IMG/VR virus record: IMGVR_UViG_3300045988_084160
Span: 1-37,009 of that record
From: a virus
DNA: 37,009 nucleotides
Strand: one strand, 5' to 3'
A program made the position numbers and the translations under genes. The notes under the pieces were generated by a model. It saw nothing but the letters and a program-made list of their open reading frames with translations. It was not told the origin of the DNA and did not search any database. This document shows positions 26,239 through 34,016 of the stretch, one piece after another (position 1 is the first letter of the stretch; each line of letters starts with the position of its first letter).

Positions 26239-28404
26239 ATGATTAATGTAACAGAAGCATATAAAGAAGCAATAAAGGAAGATAGAATATTTGACCTGCA
26301 GGATAAAATTATTCTTAAAGATGATACGGAAATACCATTAATTATGTCAGATGTTTTGGCATATTCCATTAATTCGGCTACATCATCTGACAGTACATTT
26401 GATGTAGGAAGTGTTGTGGCGGCTAAATTATCATTAACAATTGATAATACAGATGAAAGATTTGAAGATGTGGACCTGACAGATGCAAGAATATCAACAA
26501 AGATAGGTCTTTTAGTAGAAGACAGCTTTGAATATGTAACAAAGGGAATATTTTACATTAACAGCGCCCAGGATTCAGGAGACACAATAGTTATTGAGGC
26601 TTATGATAAGATATTATTTCTTGATTTACCATATGCAGAAAGTACATTGGCATATCCTGCAAGTATTCGCGAGATACTTCAGGATGCGTGCGAACATTGT
26701 GGCTTAACGCTAGATGCAAATTTAGGAACCGGAGCGGATTATATAGTTAATTCAAAGCCGGCTACAGATTCACTTACATATAGAGACGTTGTAAGTTACT
26801 GTGGAAAGATTTTAGGCAAATATGCATACATAGCAGCAGATGATCAGAAATTAAAATTTACATGGTATAAAAAATCTGATTCACCTTATGAGATAACTGA
26901 ACAGTCAACTCTTACAAAGAATCGTTTATCAATGACAATAACAGGAGCAAGATTTGGATATACAGTTACAACCGTTAAGGAAGGAGAATCTGAACCGACG
27001 GAAGAAAACAAGACGGCATTTGTTGGAACAGAAGGATATGTTCTAACTATGGAAGATAATCCTTTGATTCAGACAGAGGACATGGCAAATAAAGTAATGA
27101 ATATACTAAAAAGTTCCGTGGTAGGAACAACAATAAGGGTTTACAGTTTATCGTGTTTATCTGATCCTACAATAGAAGCAGGAGACAGCATTAAAGTAAC
27201 TGACAGAAAAGGAAGGTCATTTGAAAGTTTTGTCACAAACTGTACTTTTACACTTTGTGGTAATCAGGAGCTATCTTTAGGCGCTGAAACTGAAACAGAA
27301 AATCAATACCAGCGTTTTTCAATATCTGACAAGATAGTATCAAAGGCAAATCAGAATAATCAACATTTGATTAATGATTACAATAACGAAATGCAGAGAT
27401 TGACGGATTTGATGATGGGTTCGTTTGGTATATATAAGACAGAGGAAAAACAGAAGGATGGTTCAACTATTTTCTATCTGCACGATAAAAAAACATTGAA
27501 AGAATCAACAACAATCTGGAAACTGACAGCCAATGCAATAGCAGTTTCGACTGATGGTGGAAAGACATTTAATGCAGGGCTTGGAAGTGATGGCAATGTA
27601 ATTACAAAAGTACTATCAACTATAGGTATCAGTTTCGATTGGGCAAAGGGTGGTACTCTTAATCTTGGTGGAGAAAAGAACGGCAATGGTGTACTGAAGG
27701 TTACAGATGCATCAGGTAATTTAGTTGGAATGATGTCAAACGATGGATTAATGGCTAATCGCGGAAAAGTAGGCGGTTGGAATATTAGCGATTCAACTTT
27801 TTCACAGGAAGTAACGTCAGATGTGGGAACTTATGGTGTATACATGCAACCACCTACTCCAGGAGAAAAATGGGCAGGATTTTGTATACAGAAACTTATA
27901 AGTGGCAGTACATATGATCACATGTTTGAAGTGAATGGAGATGGTAATCTGTTTGCTAAAGGATATGCAGTTATAGACGGTTTTTTGAATATTGGGAGTT
28001 ATGCAGTTATAGACGGTTCTTTAGAGACTAAGAGTTATGCAAATGTAGGAGAGAATTTAGGTGTTGGTGGTGACTTAATTGTACACGGCACTGCACAGAT
28101 TGAAAATGTATCGGATATATTTGGAAAGATGTTCTGCTGTGTATCAGCGGTTGTGACTGAAAGCCCGGCAACTATCAATGCACCAGATGGTTATATTCCA
28201 ATAGCTGCAATTAACGCTGATTGGGCAGCTTACCCAGATACAGCTTTCGAGATAGTTCGACAAGGTGGATTTAATCTGTTACTCACAAGAAATTTAAAGA
28301 CAAATCCGGCAACATCAGGTAACTATGTAGCAGGTAGTGGTGGAGGAAGAAGAGCCAACATTCTTTTTGTTAACAGAAAGTTTATATCCGGCTATGACGT
28401 ATAG
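26239..28404 (+). CDS. Tail tip / baseplate hub protein (prophage-tail, Tal-like)
   Basis: 721 aa. N-terminal INVTEAYKEAIKEDRIF... is typical of siphovirus minor structural/tail proteins. Supported by synteny. Confidence 0.6.
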   Translation: MINVTEAYKEAIKEDRIFDLQDKIILKDDTEIPLIMSDVLAYSINSATSSDSTFDVGSVVAAKLSLTIDNTDERFEDVDLTDARISTKIGLLVEDSFEYVTKGIFYINSAQDSGDTIVIEAYDKILFLDLPYAESTLAYPASIREILQDACEHCGLTLDANLGTGADYIVNSKPATDSLTYRDVVSYCGKILGKYAYIAADDQKLKFTWYKKSDSPYEITEQSTLTKNRLSMTITGARFGYTVTTVKEGESEPTEENKTAFVGTEGYVLTMEDNPLIQTEDMANKVMNILKSSVVGTTIRVYSLSCLSDPTIEAGDSIKVTDRKGRSFESFVTNCTFTLCGNQELSLGAETETENQYQRFSISDKIVSKANQNNQHLINDYNNEMQRLTDLMMGSFGIYKTEEKQKDGSTIFYLHDKKTLKESTTIWKLTANAIAVSTDGGKTFNAGLGSDGNVITKVLSTIGISFDWAKGGTLNLGGEKNGNGVLKVTDASGNLVGMMSNDGLMANRGKVGGWNISDSTFSQEVTSDVGTYGVYMQPPTPGEKWAGFCIQKLISGSTYDHMFEVNGDGNLFAKGYAVIDGFLNIGSYAVIDGSLETKSYANVGENLGVGGDLIVHGTAQIENVSDIFGKMFCCVSAVVTESPATINAPDGYIPIAAINADWAAYPDTAFEIVRQGGFNLLLTRNLKTNPATSGNYVAGSGGGRRANILFVNRKFISGYDV

Positions 28405-28417
28405 AAAGGAGACAGAT

Positions 28418-30079
28418 ATGTGCAATAACATACATGAGGTAGAATTTGGAAACTCAACCCTGACGCAGATTGAACAGCTGTATCAATATGACAAGGGGCA
28501 GATTCTTAAGATAGCAGACACAATAGAAGATGGAACAGAGGTACAGTTTTCAAACAATAATAGCGAATTAACAATAAATAAAGCAATAAACGATAGTCAG
28601 GTAGAAATACCTGATATTTTATTGCAGGAAAATAAGAAAATTCTGGCATATTTGAAAATAATTAACTCAGACAGTGAAACAACAATCAAGACTGTTATTA
28701 TTCCTGTTAAGGCTCGTGCAAAGCCGGCAGATTACATTGAACCTGAACAGGAAAAGCCGTTTAGAAAATATGTTGAAGAAAAGCTTGAAAACGCAGAAAA
28801 ACTTGTAGCCGAAGCAAATGACAAAGTAAAGGTAAACGAAGAATGCTTAAAGCAGATAGACACCAGGACAGAGCAGGCAACAACACAAATAACAGAGGTG
28901 ACGAATGCAAAGCTTACGGATTTGGCAAATACTACTAATGCAAAACTTACAGATATTAATAACACGGCAGTATCACAGATTGATGCTTTAAATACAGTAG
29001 CAAAGCAGAATACAAAATCAGGTACAGAAGCAGTTGTTGCAGCAGCACGCTCACAGATAAGCGGAATTGAAATAGTTGCAGATGCACAGAAAAGAGGAAT
29101 TACTGAAACGGCACAAGGAAAGATTAAAGACATTAACAACACAGCTACAAGTCAGATTGATGCTATTAATAAAACTGCTCAAGCGCAGGCATCAACGATT
29201 GAAAAGCAAGGTAACGAAATCTTAGATAAGATAGAAAAAGCAGGTGGTGCTAATGCTATAGTACCAAATGCGGCTTTAATTTGGAACACTAATAAGAGTG
29301 GTACTTGGAATACACATTTAACAGACAGTGCCAAATATCCTGTAAAAGAAATAACATTAAGAAAAAGTTATAATAATACTACTTTTACACCCTCATTAGA
29401 CAATCCACCCCAATTAGGTTTTGATAAAAAAGTTACACTTTACGTTTTAAATAAAACATCAACTAACATAAATGATGCAATTTATTCAATTTCTTTTGAG
29501 TATGATTTAAACGGACTTAATTTTGATAACTTTAACTACTATAATACACTGACTTTTGATAGAGAAAGAGAAAAAATAAGTTATTATCAAATAGTAGCTC
29601 TTATAAAATTTTCGAAATTAAAAGCCGAAAAATGGGAAGCTACAAAAGATGAAGCAAAGGGGTGGTTAAAAGTACAATATAATACAGATAACGAAGGTTT
29701 TTCTTCTTTTAGTTCGAAAATGAATATTTGTAATATTGCAGAACAAGGAGAGGATGAAGTAGGAAAATATAAGATAGCAGAGGACCATCATACAATAATA
29801 TTATGGTTAGACCTTACTAGATTTACTTCATTGCAAGATTGGTTATATTATATAGAAAATAATGATGTCCAAATATTAACTCGACAGTCTAATGGGATAA
29901 GTAGTGGTTTTGTATCTGGAGAACTATTCGAAAAATTTCTTAAACTTCAAACTTACAATTTAAAAACTAGCTTTATTTTAGATAATAAAGAAATAGGAGT
30001 AAATGAAGTAACATATGCGGCAGATATTAAAACATACATAGATAATAAAATAGCAAGCATTCAGACAACAGAGGAATAA
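28418..30079 (+). CDS. Receptor-binding / tail fibre protein (BppU-like N-terminus, repetitive coiled coil, AT-rich C-terminal head)
   Basis: ATG 28418 follows AAAGGAG. Repeated NAKLTD / INNTA.SQIDA.N units. Last structural gene before the lysis cassette. Confidence 0.6.
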   Translation: MCNNIHEVEFGNSTLTQIEQLYQYDKGQILKIADTIEDGTEVQFSNNNSELTINKAINDSQVEIPDILLQENKKILAYLKIINSDSETTIKTVIIPVKARAKPADYIEPEQEKPFRKYVEEKLENAEKLVAEANDKVKVNEECLKQIDTRTEQATTQITEVTNAKLTDLANTTNAKLTDINNTAVSQIDALNTVAKQNTKSGTEAVVAAARSQISGIEIVADAQKRGITETAQGKIKDINNTATSQIDAINKTAQAQASTIEKQGNEILDKIEKAGGANAIVPNAALIWNTNKSGTWNTHLTDSAKYPVKEITLRKSYNNTTFTPSLDNPPQLGFDKKVTLYVLNKTSTNINDAIYSISFEYDLNGLNFDNFNYYNTLTFDREREKISYYQIVALIKFSKLKAEKWEATKDEAKGWLKVQYNTDNEGFSSFSSKMNICNIAEQGEDEVGKYKIAEDHHTIILWLDLTRFTSLQDWLYYIENNDVQILTRQSNGISSGFVSGELFEKFLKLQTYNLKTSFILDNKEIGVNEVTYAADIKTYIDNKIASIQTTEE

Positions 30080-30093
30080 AAAAGGAGATATAC

Positions 30094-30405
30094 ATGACAC
30101 TTTATCAGATTTTATCCTTGTGTGGGATTCCTTCATTAATTGGTGCAATTTTTGTTAGTGCAGTTAATTATGTCAAATTAAAAAATTCATCATATAAATT
30201 AATTAAGGACGGAGTTATTGCAATTCTGCATAACAAGATATACACGCTGGGAAAACAGTACATAGCTCAGGAGCATATATCAGTTGAAGCTTTGGATGAT
30301 TTTGAACATTTATATAATGCATATCATGCACTGGGCGGAAATGGAACAGGAACAGAGATTTATAAGAGAGTAAAGGAACTGCCAATGAAGCAGGGAAAGG
30401 AGTAA
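30094..30405 (+). CDS. Membrane-anchored protein of the lysis region, function unknown
   Basis: One N-terminal transmembrane segment (ILSLCGIPSLIGAIFVSAV). AAGGAG RBS. Confidence 0.5.
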   Translation: MTLYQILSLCGIPSLIGAIFVSAVNYVKLKNSSYKLIKDGVIAILHNKIYTLGKQYIAQEHISVEALDDFEHLYNAYHALGGNGTGTEIYKRVKELPMKQGKE

Positions 30406-30409
30406 ACGA

Positions 30410-30613
30410 ATGAGTGACAAGACAAAGAAATGGATTAAGGCAGCAGGTGTCAGAGCTGTAAAAACAATGGCACAGACATTTATTGCAACAATCGGTTCTG
30501 CAGCAGTGTTAGCAGCAGTTGACTGGAAGGTGGTTGTGTCAGCAACAGTACTTGCAGGAATATTAAGTGTGGCAACATCAGTGGCAGGATTGCCGGAAGT
30601 GGAGGAAGAATAA
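30410..30613 (+). CDS. Holin (r1t-like family)
   Basis: W.KAAGVRAVKTMAQTFIATIG...VDWK....ATVLAGILSVATSVAG resembles the r1t holin pattern. Acidic tail. Lies upstream of the endolysin. Confidence 0.6.
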   Translation: MSDKTKKWIKAAGVRAVKTMAQTFIATIGSAAVLAAVDWKVVVSATVLAGILSVATSVAGLPEVEEE

Positions 30614-31068
30614 TGAAGAAATATGTAGGAACAAAAATTATTGAAGCAACAGAAATGAATAGAGGAGATTATAACAAATATCGAGGTTGGAACATTCCTG
30701 AAAATGAGAATCCAGAAGATGAAGGATTTCTGGTTAAGTATTCAGACGGATATGAGAGTTGGAGCCCTAAGAAGCAGTTTGAAGAGGCATATAGAGAATA
30801 TGATAAAACAAAGTTGCCCTCAACAGCAGTATTAATGCAGAGCAACGATTATAGGGAAAGATTCAAGGCAGAGTATTTACAGCTTGTAATAAGATATAAA
30901 GGATTAAAGGCAATGATTGAAAAGTGGGACAAGGGAACATTGGCATTTAATCCTACTTGTCCTAGAAGCACTTATAACATGCAGATAAATGCTATGTCAG
31001 AGTATATTGCAATTCTTGAAGCAAGAGCAGTTATGGAAGATATTGATTTAGAAAGTGAGGTATATTAA
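30613..31068 (+). CDS. 151-aa conserved phage protein of unknown function between holin and endolysin
   Basis: ATGA overlaps on both sides. N-terminal YRGW.IPENE.PEDEGFLV.Y.DGYESWSPK..FE.AY. C-terminal helical part with a FNPTCPRS motif. Confidence 0.6.
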   Translation: MKKYVGTKIIEATEMNRGDYNKYRGWNIPENENPEDEGFLVKYSDGYESWSPKKQFEEAYREYDKTKLPSTAVLMQSNDYRERFKAEYLQLVIRYKGLKAMIEKWDKGTLAFNPTCPRSTYNMQINAMSEYIAILEARAVMEDIDLESEVY

Positions 31069-31586
31069 TGAAGATGTACAAGAGAATGGCTAAATCAATC
31101 AGCTATTCACCGACCAAAAGAAACAGAAAAGATGTAAAATACATAGTTATTCATTACACTGGAAATAGCAACGATACGGCCAAAAACAATGCTGATTATT
31201 ACGCTACAGGAAACACAAGACTTGCCGGAGCACATTTCTTCGTAGATAAGTTAGGAAACACAGCCAGAAGTATTCCAATGAACAGAACAGCATGGGCAGT
31301 AGGCGGGGCTAAATACGCCGACTGCAAAGCTACAGGCGGTGGAAAGTATTACAGCAAATGTACAAATTACAATTCAGTCTCAATTGAATTATGTGGATGT
31401 ACAGAAGCAGAACCTTATACGAAAGAGCAGGCAGCAGCAGTTAAGCGATTAATCAAATACATTCGCAAATACTGCCATAATGCACATACAGTTATACGTC
31501 ATTTTGACGTTAACGGAAAACATTGCCCGGCTCCGATGATGAACGAAAAAGTATGGAAGAAATTTAAAAAGGCAATTGGCGAATAA
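31068..31586 (+). CDS. Endolysin, N-acetylmuramoyl-L-alanine amidase (Amidase_2/PGRP type)
   Basis: IVIHYTGN..., AHFFVD, SIELCG and RHFDVNGKHCP are Zn-amidase hallmarks. Confidence 0.85.
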   Translation: MKMYKRMAKSISYSPTKRNRKDVKYIVIHYTGNSNDTAKNNADYYATGNTRLAGAHFFVDKLGNTARSIPMNRTAWAVGGAKYADCKATGGGKYYSKCTNYNSVSIELCGCTEAEPYTKEQAAAVKRLIKYIRKYCHNAHTVIRHFDVNGKHCPAPMMNEKVWKKFKKAIGE

Positions 31587-31606
31587 GTGAACAGGGACTG
31601 ACTAAT

Positions 31607-31633
31607 GGGGAGTACTTCGGTACTCCCCTATTT
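31607..31633 (+). terminator. Intrinsic terminator ending the late operon
   Basis: GGGGAGTAC-TTCG-GTACTCCCC perfect 9-bp stem followed by TATTTAT. Confidence 0.75.
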
Positions 31634-31636
31634 ATA

Positions 31637-31665
31637 TTGACAATTAAAAAAATTAATCATATACT
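31637..31665 (+). promoter_or_regulatory. Near-consensus promoter TTGACA-17 nt-TATACT
   Basis: Read directly. No ORF follows it. Confidence 0.55.
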
Positions 31666-31671
31666 GATATC

Positions 31672-31745
31672 CAGTATTGAAAAGAGCAATCTTTTAGAAG
31701 GAGCATCAAACAACTTTGTTGTGGGTGCTCCCGAATTTTTTATAA
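31672..31745 (+). ncRNA. Candidate ~75-nt small RNA (promoter to hairpin/T-run, no ORF)
   Basis: Imperfect long hairpin at 31700..31731 (GGAGCATC...GGGTGCTCC) followed by CGAATTTTTT. Only a 9-codon TTG frame is present. Confidence 0.35.
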
Positions 31746-31908
31746 TCCTAAAACATCTAAGAAAAACTTCTAAAAAATCCCCAAAAACATCACCAATTTT
31801 AACTTAAAAAAACATCATACGTTATTGCAATACCCTCCGCCATACTGCTATAACGTATAACGATGCCCTGAAACACCGATAAATAAAGGGATTGCGGGCA
31901 ATTTGGTG

Positions 31909-33363
31909 TTAGTCGTTAATATAAAAATACATCAACAATGCCCCACCTTTTTTATCATATACAATTTTATCAACAACACTGGTCAAAGCGTCATGCTTTT
32001 GTCTGTCAGTTGAATTGTCTGATTTAATAATATCGTATGCGGAGCGTATTTTGTTCAAAAGAATGCTTTCATTTTCATCTTCAGGCTTCTTTGAGTACTG
32101 CTCCAGCATTGCGGTTAATTGTTCACGTTCCCTTTGTAATATTTCTTTATTTGCTTTGTATTCTTCAAGCGTATCAATTCCATCTCTATATGCTTCTTTA
32201 ATACGTTCTTCCTTCATACCTATTCTGTTTAATTTATTTTCAATTAATTCGCTTTCTGATTTTTCTTCCTGATTTGTAGAATGTACAACATATTCTACTG
32301 TGCCACTATCAAGAACCTTCTGCAAGGCTTCCAAAATGGCAGGTTTAAGAGCATTTTCATTTGTAAGGTGCGATTCGTTGCAGGAAGCGTGATTGTATGC
32401 TGTACATTGAAAATATGTATTGCCTGATTTACTTTTACCGGCTCTGACAAGTCGACCACCGCAGGCGGAACACACAAGAAGTCCTGACAACCAATGTTTG
32501 TATGTTGATGCCGGTCTTACTTTTTTACCGGGTCTGTTTGTTGCTTTATCTCTTTCCTGTGCAGCAGTAAACAATTCGTTAGATATAAATGTATCATGTC
32601 CACCATCAGTAACAATCCATTCAGATTTATCTTTGACGTTTCGTGTAGCGTGTTCTAATCTGTTCCATATTATTTTACCATTGTAAAATTCATTTCTAAT
32701 AATGTAAGCTACTGTTCTGTTTTGGAACTTTCCGTTTCTTTTAGTTCTATATCCAAGAGCATTTAATTTGACGGCAATATCAAAAAATGACATTTTATCA
32801 TCTACATACCATGTAAATATCTTTTTTACTATTTCTGCCTGCTCAGGTACAATTACAGGTATTCCATCCTGCATTTTATATCCAAGTGGTGGGGCAGCGT
32901 TATAACCGCCTCTGGATGCTCTTTCAGTCATTCCACGCATTACCTCGCCTGAAAGGTTGATAGAATAGTATTCGTCCATCCATTCAAATATACGCTGTAC
33001 TAATTCACCGATAAAACCATCAGGGATAGGTTCTGACACCGAAACAACGTCAACGTCAGCTTTTTTGAGTAGATTCTTATAAACTATAGCTTCTTCCTGA
33101 TTACGTGCAAAACGGCTGAATTTCCACACAAGAATAATGTCTATAGGATGTTCATCGCTTTTGGCCATTGCTATAAGCTCCTGAAAAGCAGGACGGTTGT
33201 TTGCCTTTCTTCCAGAAATGCCATCATCCTGAAAAATGAATTGCTTTGGTATTATTATGTTATTTTTCTTTGCGTATTCAAGACCAAGACGTATCTGTGC
33301 ATCAGGAGAATATTCTACCTGGTCGTCTGTTGAAACTCTGACATATAATGCTCCTGTCTTCAT
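31909..33363 (-). CDS. int: Large serine recombinase (integrase)
   Basis: N-terminal resolvase motif ALYVRVSTDDQ, a recombinase domain, the zinc ribbon CSACGG...C...C, and a C-terminal coiled coil. Confidence 0.9.
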   Translation of the reverse strand: MKTGALYVRVSTDDQVEYSPDAQIRLGLEYAKKNNIIIPKQFIFQDDGISGRKANNRPAFQELIAMAKSDEHPIDIILVWKFSRFARNQEEAIVYKNLLKKADVDVVSVSEPIPDGFIGELVQRIFEWMDEYYSINLSGEVMRGMTERASRGGYNAAPPLGYKMQDGIPVIVPEQAEIVKKIFTWYVDDKMSFFDIAVKLNALGYRTKRNGKFQNRTVAYIIRNEFYNGKIIWNRLEHATRNVKDKSEWIVTDGGHDTFISNELFTAAQERDKATNRPGKKVRPASTYKHWLSGLLVCSACGGRLVRAGKSKSGNTYFQCTAYNHASCNESHLTNENALKPAILEALQKVLDSGTVEYVVHSTNQEEKSESELIENKLNRIGMKEERIKEAYRDGIDTLEEYKANKEILQREREQLTAMLEQYSKKPEDENESILLNKIRSAYDIIKSDNSTDRQKHDALTSVVDKIVYDKKGGALLMYFYIND

Positions 33364-33448
33364 ATTTCATCACTCCTTTATGTATTTTATGAAAAAAGGG
33401 TATAAAAATAACACCTAGCCTAAGAACAACAGTTCTGATTGACCGGGT

Positions 33449-33507
33449 GCTCCAAAGAATGATAAAATACAACTTGTCTAGGGTGGTATTTAATATCGCT
33501 TTGGAGC
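33449..33507. other. Candidate attP: 59-bp imperfect dyad
   Basis: Outer arms GCTCCAAAG / CTTTGGAGC are perfect. Inner arms share GATA..AAATAC.AC, giving about 20 of 25 symmetric positions per half-site. Lies 86 nt upstream of int. Confidence 0.35.
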
Positions 33508-33574
33508 TGGTCCTAGTGGCTGGCTCTTTTTTAGTATATTGACAAAAATTGCTAATTGAGGTGTATGTTTGCTG

Positions 33575-33602
33575 ATGTTTCCGACATTAATGTCGGAAAC
33601 AT
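33575..33602. repeat. Perfect 28-bp palindrome ATGTTTCCGACATTAATGTCGGAAACAT followed by GTATTTTTT
   Basis: Read directly. Could be a plus-sense terminator or a protein-binding site. Confidence 0.6.
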
Positions 33603-33669
33603 GTATTTTTTCAATTTCATAAATAAAGTTTTTTTGAAACTTTTTATTAAATGTGTCTGTCTATTTAAC

Positions 33670-33687
33670 CCCCTCGAATTCGAGGGG
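33670..33687. repeat. Perfect 18-bp palindrome CCCCTCGAATTCGAGGGG abutting the -35 box of the small-RNA promoter
   Basis: Read directly. It ends 1 nt before TTGACT. Confidence 0.6.
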
Positions 33688-33688
33688 A

Positions 33689-33716
33689 TTGACTAAAACC
33701 TCTGATTTGATATAAT
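33689..33716 (+). promoter_or_regulatory. Strong promoter TTGACT-16 nt-TATAAT with an extended -10 (TGATATAAT)
   Basis: Read directly. Points toward the 3' end of the 29-aa peptide gene. Confidence 0.65.
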
Positions 33717-33722
33717 ATACTT

Positions 33723-33820
33723 AACAAGAGAACCGAAAGCTAGACGAAACCTAGCCGCCGGCAAATAAGTGTTAAAAAATAGTGCCTTACTTTACCAGAG
33801 CAGGGGCACTATTTTTTGTG
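33723..33820 (+). ncRNA. Candidate antitoxin small RNA (~100 nt), convergent with the 29-aa peptide gene
   Basis: Bounded by the promoter and a shared terminator, with no ORF. Contains GCAAATAAGT (33761-33770) and CGAAAGC (33734-33740), complementary to peptide codons 6-11 (33868-33882). Confidence 0.45.
33774..33817. terminator. Bidirectional intrinsic terminator
   Basis: 13-bp stem AAAAAATAGTGCC / GGCACTATTTTTT. The A-run and T-run arms give a U-tract in either direction. Overlaps the last three codons and the stop of the peptide gene. Confidence 0.7.
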
Positions 33821-33898
33821 TGAGAAATAAGTAATAACAAGAGCTATCACACTGCACAACATTGTCACGAAAGCAAATAAGTCGCTATATGTAACCAT
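33809..33898 (-). CDS. 29-aa hydrophobic peptide, type I toxin / Hol-Tox-like (MVTYSDLFAFVTMLCSVIALVITYFSHKK)
   Basis: GAAAGGGG SD 9 nt upstream of the ATG. One transmembrane helix plus a C-terminal KK. Resembles the small holin-like toxin peptides of Firmicutes. Not in the ORF track. Confidence 0.55.
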   Translation of the reverse strand: MVTYSDLFAFVTMLCSVIALVITYFSHKK

Positions 33899-33969
33899 TG
33901 GCACCAACCCCTTTCTTTTGTAAAGTCCGGCAGTTGGAATGTCGCCCCTTCGGTTCTCCGGGTAAGTAT

Positions 33970-33998
33970 ATTATATTTTCAAAGTGTAGATTAAGGTA
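33970..33998 (-). promoter_or_regulatory. Weak promoter for the peptide mRNA (TATAAT -10, poor -35)
   Basis: The -10 box and first ~45 transcribed nt are an inverted copy of the small-RNA promoter/leader (33711-33761 versus 33927-33975). Confidence 0.4.
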
Positions 33999-34016
33999 AA
34001 ACTTAAATCATAAAAC

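Noticed and set aside
31813-31865. Inverted repeat CATCATACGTTAT...ATAACGTATAACGATG downstream of int, considered as an alternative attP.
   Set aside because: Its arms are shorter and interrupted compared with the 59-bp dyad at 33449..33507. It is kept only as a fallback, and only prophage junction data can decide.
33499-33535. GGAGCTGGTCCTAGTGGCTGGCTCTTTTTT looked like a terminator because of its T-run.
   Set aside because: I could not draw a convincing stem. The T-run alone is insufficient, and the left part belongs to the dyad called as candidate attP.
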